Shown in pieces: positions 26,893 to 34,455 of a stretch of 34,506 bases of DNA (position 1 is the first letter of the stretch; each line of letters opens with the position of its first letter). The position numbers were made by a program, and so were the translations under genes. Source of the stretch: a virus (lineage: Duplodnaviria > Caudoviricetes); IMG/VR virus record IMGVR_UViG_3300032373_000070, positions 1 to 34,506 of that record; one strand, 5' to 3'. The notes under the pieces were generated by a model that saw only the letters and a list, made by a program, of their open reading frames with translations, did not search any database and was not told the DNA's origin.

Positions 26893-27617
26893 AAGACTTA
26901 ATCCCTGAAACCAAAAAACAAATAATTGAATGCGGTATCCATGGAAAGCAATCAGCATTTTTGACAAAGTCCCCAATGACAGGAAAATGGATGGGAGGAA
27001 AATGCTCCAAATGCAAAGCAATTGCAGACGGGACAGAACGCGCTCCACAGTCTGTCTCATTGCCTTTGAGATTCAAAGACTGCTCATTTGATACCTATAG
27101 AGTCAAAGCAGGAAATCAAGCTCAAGGATTGGCTTTGAGAGTTTGCAGAAAATACGCTCAAGAGTTTAAAGGCAGACTCAAGGTTGGAGGCTGTCTCATA
27201 TTGCATGGAACTTGTGGAACGGGAAAAACCCATCTTGCCTGTGCTGTTGCCAGTGCTGTCGCTTTTTCTGGATACCAAGCAAAAGTCTCAAAAGTGTATG
27301 ACATCATCCAGAGAATAAAAAACACATGGTCAGATAGGAGCGTCACAGAGGCTGAAATAATAATCCAATACACTGAGCCAGATTTGTTGGTTATTGATGA
27401 GATTGGGGTCCAATATGGCAGCGAGTCAGAACAGTTGATACTGTTTAGAATATTGAATGCAAGATATGAGGATTTAAAACCCACCATTATAGTCTCAAAT
27501 CTTGCTGAGGACGATTTGACAGAATATCTGGGAGAGAGGGTCATTGATAGATTTAAGGAGTCTGACGGAGTCACAGTTGGATTTAATTGGGAATCATACA
27601 GAGGAGAAAAATCATGA
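26880..27617 (+). CDS. DnaC/IstB-like helicase loader ATPase
   Basis: CGIHG...CSKC zinc motif, RF..CSFD.Y, Walker A GTCGTGKTHLA, Walker B LLVIDE, PTIIVSNL, GERVIDR. Confidence 0.93.
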   Translation: MDEIKDLIPETKKQIIECGIHGKQSAFLTKSPMTGKWMGGKCSKCKAIADGTERAPQSVSLPLRFKDCSFDTYRVKAGNQAQGLALRVCRKYAQEFKGRLKVGGCLILHGTCGTGKTHLACAVASAVAFSGYQAKVSKVYDIIQRIKNTWSDRSVTEAEIIIQYTEPDLLVIDEIGVQYGSESEQLILFRILNARYEDLKPTIIVSNLAEDDLTEYLGERVIDRFKESDGVTVGFNWESYRGEKS

Positions 27618-27985
27618 AAATCAACATACAACAATTTATAAATCAGTTTGCTCTTTTGGAGCGGACAGAAAAAACAGTCAAAGTCAAAATATTAGAGGAA
27701 AACTTTAATAACATATTTAAAACCATGAAGGACCTTGAAAAAAATATAAATGAACTACAGGAAACCAACAATAAGCTGGAGACTCACAACAAATCTTTAT
27801 TCTCAAGAAATCAGACTCTCCAAAAACAAAGCCTGTCTCAAGTTGATGACATGAAAGAGCTGAAAACAATCTGTAAAATGCTGCTTAATGAAAATATTGA
27901 GTATTTAAGAGAAAAAGAGAGATTTAGAGCAACTCACAGAATAAACCAACTAGACACACTGTCCACAAAATGGAGTTTAAAATGA
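27614..27985 (+). CDS. Hypothetical coiled-coil protein
   Basis: Start moved to ATG 27614 (GAGGAG RBS, ATGA overlap). Confidence 0.7.
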   Translation: MKINIQQFINQFALLERTEKTVKVKILEENFNNIFKTMKDLEKNINELQETNNKLETHNKSLFSRNQTLQKQSLSQVDDMKELKTICKMLLNENIEYLREKERFRATHRINQLDTLSTKWSLK

Positions 27986-28317
27986 TTAACAGCTTAGAAC
28001 AAGCAACACTCAAAATAATGCAAATCACCAGAGAGGCATATACTACTCAGTGTGACTCAAATTGTCAGGAGTTACTGGATTATATTGAAGAGCAAGAAAA
28101 GCAACTCAACAAAACAAAACACAAATCTGATTTACTGACTAATAAAATCATTGATATCCTAGCAAAAAAACTGGAGGCAATTGCATTCAATAAAGAACTT
28201 ATCAAAGCAGCTCCATTTTTAGGACTTAGCGTTGAGACAAACAAAATATTATTGGAGATGCTTGAGGCTGACACTGATGACCTTAAAAAGGCATTGGAGG
28301 CGAACGATGAGAACTAA
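27982..28317 (+). CDS. Hypothetical protein
   Basis: Start at ATG 27982 (GGAG RBS, ATGA overlap). Confidence 0.7.
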   Translation: MINSLEQATLKIMQITREAYTTQCDSNCQELLDYIEEQEKQLNKTKHKSDLLTNKIIDILAKKLEAIAFNKELIKAAPFLGLSVETNKILLEMLEADTDDLKKALEANDEN

Positions 28318-28753
28318 TAAAAAATTAACCTTACTGAAAGACATTCTCAAAAAGTGGGACATAACAGCTGGAGACTTTTCAAAAATATATCTGACATCAA
28401 CAGGGAAAAACATCAAGCCTGTAAGGATTCAATATTGGTGCGACTCAAATTATTATCTGGAGGAGACTCCAAGGACATTGAAAGTCCATCAAGACAATTA
28501 TTTGGAGAGAGAGTGCAGGACCTGTAAAAAGACGCAGCTGAATAAATATTTTACATTTGGTAAAAAAAACTGCTATTTAATAAACTGCAAAAAATGTATG
28601 AAGGACTTAAAAAACTGGAAAGAAACCCACAAAAGAAACACTCCGAAAACAAAGCCATTTAATTTGTCGGATTATATAAGCCAGCCAGATTGTCCATTGA
28701 GAGACGACAATGGATTTGGTAGAAAACCAAAAACAACGGAGAAAAAACCATGA
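28307..28753 (+). CDS. Hypothetical protein with CxxC...CxxC zinc finger
   Basis: CRTC and CKKC; GGAGG RBS before ATG 28307. Confidence 0.65.
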   Translation: MRTNKKLTLLKDILKKWDITAGDFSKIYLTSTGKNIKPVRIQYWCDSNYYLEETPRTLKVHQDNYLERECRTCKKTQLNKYFTFGKKNCYLINCKKCMKDLKNWKETHKRNTPKTKPFNLSDYISQPDCPLRDDNGFGRKPKTTEKKP

Positions 28754-28839
28754 ATCCAAGTACATTTAACAGAATGGATGAAGCGAACAGAGAAAGAAAA
28801 AATCAGGAAAAACAGGAAAAATTGAGATTAATAAAATGA
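28750..28839 (+). CDS. Small peptide, 29 aa (not in the ORF track)
   Basis: MNPSTFNRMDEANRERKNQEKQEKLRLIK*; GGAG RBS and ATGA overlaps on both sides. Confidence 0.5.
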   Translation: MNPSTFNRMDEANRERKNQEKQEKLRLIK

Positions 28840-29264
28840 AAAATTACAAATTAGATATTAAAGAAATGACAAGAGATTTTAATAATACAATTAATATTGG
28901 TGAAGTTGATAGATTTATTAATTGTCATAATGCTAGATTAACTCAAGAGCAAATGAGTGAGATGGTGCAGAAACATGCAAAGAAATTAGGATATGAATGG
29001 GAATATAACAATGATGACACAAACAATAAGATTAAGTTTTTATTCTTATATGAAGACAAGTCCATCACACATGGGGGTGACTTATTGTTTTATAAAAACC
29101 CAAACAAAAAAATAGGCTTAGAGTTTTTTAGTATTAAGCCTGAGAAGTTTGTTAATGTGAGGATGCCAGAAGAGGACGCAATGGCATTTTTTCAACATAG
29201 AGAGGCGTGTACAAGTATAACCACTCCAAAAGAAAATATAATGAAATGGGAGCTATTGAAATGA
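28836..29264 (+). CDS. Hypothetical protein
   Basis: 142 aa ORF in the coupled rightward run. Confidence 0.65.
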   Translation: MKNYKLDIKEMTRDFNNTINIGEVDRFINCHNARLTQEQMSEMVQKHAKKLGYEWEYNNDDTNNKIKFLFLYEDKSITHGGDLLFYKNPNKKIGLEFFSIKPEKFVNVRMPEEDAMAFFQHREACTSITTPKENIMKWELLK

Positions 29265-29548
29265 TAGATATTGATAAACATATATGTTTTTTACACAAAG
29301 TTAAAACGGGTGAATATGGTCAGTTTTCAATAGGTGAATTTATTGATTTAAATATAAAAGCACTAGAACAACAACAAGATAGAATCTTAATATTAGAATC
29401 AGGTGAGAGAGAACATAAAAACATAATAAGACTTTTAAAACTTAAACAGAATAAACTAGGTAAATGTAAAGACGGCACCCCATGTGGTTTAGGCGGTTTT
29501 TGTAAAGATTGCCATTCACTACCTAAACCACCAGAGGTTAAATCATGA
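29261..29548 (+). CDS. Hypothetical protein with C-terminal Cys cluster and LPKPP tail
   Basis: CKDGTPCGLGGFCKDC then LPKPPE; start moved to ATG 29261 (GGAG RBS). Confidence 0.65.
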   Translation: MIDIDKHICFLHKVKTGEYGQFSIGEFIDLNIKALEQQQDRILILESGEREHKNIIRLLKLKQNKLGKCKDGTPCGLGGFCKDCHSLPKPPEVKS

Positions 29549-29834
29549 GATACGAAGAAGTTGTACAGGATTATTTTAAATTGATTGAAGAATTTGGGCA
29601 GGTCTATGATTATACAGGGGTAATACAAAGCGAATTGCCAGAAGTAGTATTATTTTTAAAACCTACAAAAACAACCGCTAAAAATATAATGATTGGTATA
29701 ATTAAATACGGATTTCAAGATAATAATAATTGGAATTCTGAACAAGGTAAAACATTAATATCTTCATCTAAATTTTTAACTGCAATGTACAATAAATATT
29801 GTTAAAACCTAAACCACTAGAGGATAAATAATGA
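29521..29834 (+). repeat. 28-bp imperfect direct repeat flanking gene 29545-29805
   Basis: ACCTAAACCACCAGAGGTTAAATCATGA (29521-29548) vs ACCTAAACCACTAGAGGATAAATAATGA (29807-29834), 25/28 identical. Confidence 0.8.
29545..29805 (+). CDS. Hypothetical protein
   Basis: 86 aa, GAGGT RBS, ATGA overlap. Confidence 0.65.
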   Translation: MRYEEVVQDYFKLIEEFGQVYDYTGVIQSELPEVVLFLKPTKTTAKNIMIGIIKYGFQDNNNWNSEQGKTLISSSKFLTAMYNKYC

Positions 29835-30055
29835 AAACAGCTCAAATAATATTTGCAAAAATTACAATCTGTTTGTTTATGGCTTATTTAATTGGGTTAG
29901 TCATAACGATGTCAATTGCTTTTGAGACTCAAGCATATAAATATCAAAACGACCACGACAGAGCCATGGATAAAATCCATTTATGGTGTCAGAGAGAATA
30001 CACAGAAAACTTAAACATAATAAAGTATAGAATATACAAGGGAGATTTTGAATGA
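29831..30055 (+). CDS. Small membrane protein
   Basis: Hydrophobic segment ITICLFMAYLIGLVITMSIAF; GAGGA RBS. Confidence 0.65.
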   Translation: MKTAQIIFAKITICLFMAYLIGLVITMSIAFETQAYKYQNDHDRAMDKIHLWCQREYTENLNIIKYRIYKGDFE

Positions 30056-30381
30056 ATGAAGTAATACAAAGAATAAAAGACAATGTTAAAATCTCAGAAT
30101 TGACAGGATGCTGGGAATGGCAAGGCGCCAACAGTGGAGAGGGAAATGGAGCTGGCAGGGGATATGGCAGAATGTCAATCTATGGAGCCACAGCTGCTGT
30201 CCATAGGGTCATGTGGTCCATGGTCAACGGATACCTCCCTGCAAAGAAACAAATTGACCACAAGTGCAATAATCGCATTTGCTGCAATCCTGCTCATTTG
30301 GAAATGGTCACACACAAACAAAACCACAGAGCCAGAGTCAGACGAGCAAAACGAAAACTTACCAACGGAGAAACAACATGA
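30052..30381 (+). CDS. HNH endonuclease (HNH_3-like)
   Basis: GCWEWQG, GYG, AVHRV and IDHKCNNRICCNPAHLE.VT..QN motifs. Confidence 0.9.
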   Translation: MNEVIQRIKDNVKISELTGCWEWQGANSGEGNGAGRGYGRMSIYGATAAVHRVMWSMVNGYLPAKKQIDHKCNNRICCNPAHLEMVTHKQNHRARVRRAKRKLTNGETT

Positions 30382-30665
30382 AATTATATTTGACAAAATC
30401 TGAAATAAAGAGCTTTACTGTAGAATATCAAAAAATAGAAAAATACCATGGCAGACCAGAGAAAAATATTGAGATTGATATTCTGGTCACAGATGAAAAG
30501 TTGATAAAAAAAATAGCTCATCATTTTGAATATGGTTTAATAATTAAGGTTTTTGTTGTTGCTGATTATCAGGTCCAAAAATTCACTGGCAGAATTTTTA
30601 AAAGTCGTACAGAGTCAATCAGCAATCATTGTTTATTTAGTTTACAAGTCGAGGAAATAAAATGA
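30378..30665 (+). CDS. Hypothetical protein
   Basis: Start moved to ATG 30378 (GGAG RBS, ATGA overlap). Confidence 0.65.
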   Translation: MKLYLTKSEIKSFTVEYQKIEKYHGRPEKNIEIDILVTDEKLIKKIAHHFEYGLIIKVFVVADYQVQKFTGRIFKSRTESISNHCLFSLQVEEIK

Positions 30666-30904
30666 AAACAATTATATTAATATTGCTATGTGTCAGCCTT
30701 GCAGCTTGCGACTACAGAACAGAAAAACAAAAACAACAAGGCTCAATGTTATTGTCAGATTATCGCTGTACAGAGCAGCAGTTGGAAATGGTTAAAAAAG
30801 AACTGGAAATCTGCAACTCTACAAACCTCAGTTCATCATATTGTTTTAATACCTCCAAAAAATCAAACTGTGACGCAATCGGAGACACTCATGAAAAAGA
30901 TTGA
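30662..30904 (+). CDS. Predicted lipoprotein
   Basis: MKTIILILLCVSLAAC lipobox; four further Cys in the mature part. Confidence 0.75.
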   Translation: MKTIILILLCVSLAACDYRTEKQKQQGSMLLSDYRCTEQQLEMVKKELEICNSTNLSSSYCFNTSKKSNCDAIGDTHEKD

Positions 30905-31412
30905 ATTTAATTGCCCAGACTGCAATATCTATTATTACAACAATGAAACCCACGGAGAAATTGTCAACAGGCACTGCCCTCAATGCTCTGCTGTTTTGCC
31001 TGTGCCTCCCTCGCTGACCAAGGTAACACTGGGAGATAAAAAAAAGGGTTGTCCAGTTTGTGAGACATACATCAAAAATAATCAAAAACATCAAAAACTC
31101 ATCAATAAATATTGTCAGCTTTGTGGCAACAATCTCCCTGCTGTTGTCAAGCAAACAGAACTGACAAATAACACATATTATATTGAGTTAATAGCAGTTT
31201 ACGGTCATGGTGTTTTTTATATTACTACAGACCTAAAAAAAGCAGTCAAAAAATGCAATAAGCTGGCAGCCAAGGATTGCGACAGTCACCATAAATGGAT
31301 TGTTGTTGAGTTTGATGAAAGTCGTGTAAATTATCCAGATGATTGGGATAAATTAAACATTGTACACACTGCCACAAAAGACGGAAAACCACACTGGAGC
31401 AACAAATTATGA
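30891..31412 (+). CDS. Double zinc-ribbon protein
   Basis: CPDC, CPQC, CPVC and CQLC; start moved to ATG 30891 (GGAG RBS). Confidence 0.7.
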   Translation: MKKIEFNCPDCNIYYYNNETHGEIVNRHCPQCSAVLPVPPSLTKVTLGDKKKGCPVCETYIKNNQKHQKLINKYCQLCGNNLPAVVKQTELTNNTYYIELIAVYGHGVFYITTDLKKAVKKCNKLAAKDCDSHHKWIVVEFDESRVNYPDDWDKLNIVHTATKDGKPHWSNKL

Positions 31413-31813
31413 AAATTCACATCTCATCCCCAGAAAAACAACAGGAGGCAATTGAGCAAATCCAGAGCCTTGAAACCAATGGAGCCTATGAGGTCCAAAT
31501 TAAAAAGCTGCCTAAGGCAAGGACCACAGCTCAAAACAAAGCCTTAAGGGTTTATCTTGGACTGGTTGCCAGTGCTTTGAATGAAAAGGGTTTCACGGTC
31601 AACAAGGTTGTTGGTTGGTCCAAGACGCTCCTGTGGGACCCTGATTTTGTCATGATGATAATTTGGAGGAGGTGTCAGGTCAAACTGACGGGAAAATTAT
31701 CCACAACAGAACCGACAAAAGATGAGTATTACATGATATACGAATACATAGCCAAAAGGCTGGTCAATAAATTTGGAATTAATATTCCATTCCCTTGTAA
31801 ATTGGAGAAATAA
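31409..31813 (+). CDS. NinB/YbcN-like (Orf-family) recombination accessory protein
   Basis: V.IK....RTTAQNKAL..Y...VA, ST and GINIPFP pattern; nin-region position. Confidence 0.6.
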   Translation: MKIHISSPEKQQEAIEQIQSLETNGAYEVQIKKLPKARTTAQNKALRVYLGLVASALNEKGFTVNKVVGWSKTLLWDPDFVMMIIWRRCQVKLTGKLSTTEPTKDEYYMIYEYIAKRLVNKFGINIPFPCKLEK

Positions 31814-31814
31814 A

Positions 31815-32165
31815 ATGGCAGTTATATTATCACAAACAGAGTTTTATAATCAACTGGAAAAATTGAGAGCTGAAATCACAAAATTAAAAAAAGAAAACAC
31901 TGCTCAATCTGAGCAAATATCAAACCAGTTTTCAGAATTAACAAGGTTAAGAGTTTTTGAGAGAATAGCGATAAATAATCCCAGAAAAGGAGAGGTTGTT
32001 GTTGATAGTCTTATTAATCAAGTCTATGCTAAATTAGTGGGTACCATATACAGCGACAAAAATGGAATGTTGCATTATATAGAAACAGGAGCAAATTTGA
32101 ATCATTCTGACTTGCAATCATTAGAGGATATGACAGACCTCAAACAAATAGGAGTTGTCTGGTGA
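31815..32165 (+). CDS. Hypothetical protein (N-terminal coiled coil)
   Basis: Start moved to ATG 31815 (GGAG RBS). Confidence 0.65.
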   Translation: MAVILSQTEFYNQLEKLRAEITKLKKENTAQSEQISNQFSELTRLRVFERIAINNPRKGEVVVDSLINQVYAKLVGTIYSDKNGMLHYIETGANLNHSDLQSLEDMTDLKQIGVVW

Positions 32166-32521
32166 TAGAAATTCCAAAAACCAAAAGAGTCGTTGATGAT
32201 GATTATATCAAATGGATTAAAAAACAAGAGTGTGTCATTATTGGAGGACCAGCAACAGCCCACCATTTGATTGGATATGGGACTGGAGGACTGGCAATGA
32301 AGTCAGATGACTATCTGGCTTTCCCTTTGTCTAATTACTACCACACAGGAGATGGAGGAGTCCACAGGGGACACAAACGCTGGGAAAAACAATGGCAACC
32401 ACAACCATGGTATATCATGGACACACTAGAAAAAGCATTTAATGAGGAGGTGATAACAGCAGAGATATTTGAAAAGTATTATCAAATTTGTGAAAAACTA
32501 TTAGAAAATTATAATTATTAA
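32162..32521 (+). CDS. DUF968/YbcO-like HNH-related protein
   Basis: YIKWIKKQEC...G...AHHLIG.G.GG..MK..D...FPL pattern; GTG start with AGGAG RBS. Confidence 0.75.
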   Translation: MIEIPKTKRVVDDDYIKWIKKQECVIIGGPATAHHLIGYGTGGLAMKSDDYLAFPLSNYYHTGDGGVHRGHKRWEKQWQPQPWYIMDTLEKAFNEEVITAEIFEKYYQICEKLLENYNY

Positions 32522-32534
32522 ATTGGAGAACAAC

Positions 32535-32954
32535 ATGAAACACAAAACAAAAGAGAATTTATTGGATTTGGCTGGGGTTATATTTGTATTATTATTTATA
32601 GCAGCTGCTGCATTTGGGGTCCCTAAGTACAATGTCTGGAGGTCATACGTTGCTATTGAAAAGGCTGAAAATTATGGGAGAGCTGCAATGGCTGAGGCAG
32701 AGCAAAACCGACAGATATTAATTGAGGAGGCAAAAGCTAATCTGGAGGCTCAAAAACTCAACTCCAAAGCCGAGGTTGAAAGAGCCAAAGGGATGGCTGA
32801 GTCCATTCAGATTGAGGACGGCAAGTTGACAGAATTATATATAAAATATTTATGGGTCAGAAACATTGACAAAATGAGTGGCTCAAAAATATACATTCCT
32901 ACAGAGGCAAATCTCCCAATACTTGAGGCGCAACAGGAGATTAAAAACGAATGA
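32535..32954 (+). CDS. Membrane-anchored coiled-coil protein (short SPFH/band-7-like phage protein)
   Basis: TM helix, then PKYNVW, GRA..AEAEQNRQI, AEVERAKG.AE, YLWV and IYIPTEANLPILEA; start at ATG 32535. Confidence 0.7.
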   Translation: MKHKTKENLLDLAGVIFVLLFIAAAAFGVPKYNVWRSYVAIEKAENYGRAAMAEAEQNRQILIEEAKANLEAQKLNSKAEVERAKGMAESIQIEDGKLTELYIKYLWVRNIDKMSGSKIYIPTEANLPILEAQQEIKNE

Positions 32955-33115
32955 ATATATTAATATTAATGTTAACAGTATTGGGCAACTATAATCTTGA
33001 ACTTAACGGGGTTTATGTTGGAAAAATCAACGCTCCTGTTGTGGATGACATCCAGAACAGGACCATAAAAGTCAGCTATCAGCCTGACATAATTTTCAAA
33101 GGAGATTTTGAATGA
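32951..33115 (+). CDS. Small putative exported protein, 54 aa (not in the ORF track)
   Basis: MNILILMLTVLGNYNLELNGVYVGKINAPVVDDIQNRTIKVSYQPDIIFKGDFE*; AGGAG RBS and ATGA overlaps at both ends. Confidence 0.65.
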   Translation: MNILILMLTVLGNYNLELNGVYVGKINAPVVDDIQNRTIKVSYQPDIIFKGDFE

Positions 33116-33321
33116 GTAAAACAATAAATTTAAATTATGAACAGTCTACTGGGAATGTCACTGATAAAAATGGCATTCATGTTGGATGTTATTTGGGTCT
33201 TGTACCAGTTGAGTCAGAACAACAGGAAAGCCAAACCAGTGACATTGACGCTGTCATCAAGTTAAAAAATGCAGGTTTTACCTGTGAGGAGATTCTGAAA
33301 CTGAGAGCCTCTGATGGTTGA
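33112..33321 (+). CDS. Hypothetical protein
   Basis: 69 aa, AGGAG RBS. Confidence 0.7.
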   Translation: MSKTINLNYEQSTGNVTDKNGIHVGCYLGLVPVESEQQESQTSDIDAVIKLKNAGFTCEEILKLRASDG

Positions 33322-33469
33322 TTATTATCAAAAATATATGAAATATGAATCAATGTTTATGGCTGCCACTAATGCAGCCATATCAGGGGACTTAAAAGCA
33401 GCCAAGAGATTGCCAATACTTGCCTTTTTTATGCAGCAGTATTTTATCAGATGTCAGGAGTTGTCATGA
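33314..33469 (+). CDS. Small hypothetical protein, 51 aa (not in the ORF track)
   Basis: MVDYYQKYMKYESMFMAA...RCQELS*; bridges the gap and ends in an ATGA overlap. Confidence 0.5.
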   Translation: MVDYYQKYMKYESMFMAATNAAISGDLKAAKRLPILAFFMQQYFIRCQELS

Positions 33470-33852
33470 AAACAATTAACAGAGCTAAAGAAATGCCCGT
33501 TGACGCAATTTGGTTGGTACTTAATTCACATGGTTATGCTTATACGTCAAGATTTAAAAATGAGCCAGTTTTACATAGAGATATTGGTCTCGGTTGTTCA
33601 AATAATTGGCAGTCTTGCCCATCTAAAGATGGTTATTGCAAAAACTGGAAAAAATCTCTCCGCAAAATAAAAGACAAATCAGTCAAAAAAAACACCGTTA
33701 GAAAATTAAAATCGGAAATCAAAAAAAGAAATGAGCTTTTGATTGAGGCAATTAACGTCTTTACAATTGAGAATGTCCAGCAAGAGAAACTTTATCAAGA
33801 TATTGTTTCATTGCTTAACGGTCATTTATCAAAACCAGAGAATAAATCATGA
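33466..33852 (+). CDS. Hypothetical protein
   Basis: Start at ATG 33466 (AGGAG RBS); P.DA.WL....G and NWKKSLRK motifs seen in small phage proteins. Confidence 0.7.
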   Translation: MKTINRAKEMPVDAIWLVLNSHGYAYTSRFKNEPVLHRDIGLGCSNNWQSCPSKDGYCKNWKKSLRKIKDKSVKKNTVRKLKSEIKKRNELLIEAINVFTIENVQQEKLYQDIVSLLNGHLSKPENKS

Positions 33853-34034
33853 ATGGATTATTAACATTTTTTGATATTGGCAAGGAAGGCGGTGATTTTA
33901 CTGTTGAATTAACTGCAAAAATAGAGAATGACGTTATTGAGGTGCTGGATTGTAAAAGATATAAATATAAAAAAGAACATGAATTATTAAAAAATACTTT
34001 CAAGTCTAAACTACTGGAGGATAACAATGAGTAA
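33849..34034 (+). CDS. Hypothetical protein
   Basis: 61 aa, ATGA-coupled. Confidence 0.6.
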   Translation: MNGLLTFFDIGKEGGDFTVELTAKIENDVIEVLDCKRYKYKKEHELLKNTFKSKLLEDNNE

Positions 34035-34455
34035 ACATAAAAAAGGATATCAGCCCTCAACAGACACCATTGAGCCAAAAATCATAAATGAGCTGGAGGC
34101 TGCTGGCTTTAGCGTAGAAAAGAACCATGATGACATTTTAGTTGGTAGGAGATTGGACCCATACACTTACAGACCAAGGACAGACTGGGTTGAAATTAAA
34201 AACAAATCCCCGTTTGGATTGAATGGAAAAATACTGGAGGGAGTCATTAGGGACTCTCAATTCAGAATCCTCTGGAATTATACTGGGCAATATAATATCT
34301 GCTGGACGTCAAAACAGATTGAGAATATTGGTGTTTATGATGGTGTTTTACAACTGACAGGACTGACTCCAGCTTTGTTTCGAGCTAATTTTCAGGATTA
34401 TCTGACTCCAAAAATGCTCAAATATTTAAGGGAGGAAAAGATTTTAAATTTTTGA
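34027..34455 (+). CDS. PD-(D/E)XK nuclease (VRR-NUC / Holliday-junction-resolvase-like)
   Basis: D..E.KII..L..AGFSV, DILVG, WVEIK and downstream SQ motif; GGAGG RBS. Confidence 0.7.
   Translation: MSKHKKGYQPSTDTIEPKIINELEAAGFSVEKNHDDILVGRRLDPYTYRPRTDWVEIKNKSPFGLNGKILEGVIRDSQFRILWNYTGQYNICWTSKQIENIGVYDGVLQLTGLTPALFRANFQDYLTPKMLKYLREEKILNF

Noticed and set aside
30052-30381. HNH gene as the terminase-associated HNH or an intron-encoded homing endonuclease
   Set aside because: It has the HNH_3-type signature, is free-standing in the nin-like region far from terS and does not interrupt a gene; it is an ordinary phage accessory gene.
30690-30890. Long N-terminal extension of the zinc-ribbon ORF nested in the lipoprotein gene (Rz/Rz1-like overlap)
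   Set aside because: A good GGAG RBS precedes ATG 30891, the extension has no TM anchor, and there is no adjacent endolysin, so this is not a spanin pair.
23583-34078. Minus-strand and alternative-frame ORFs in the rightward arm (e.g. 27158-27634, 30134-30403, 30846-31154)
   Set aside because: They fully overlap coupled plus-strand genes that have RBSs and family motifs.
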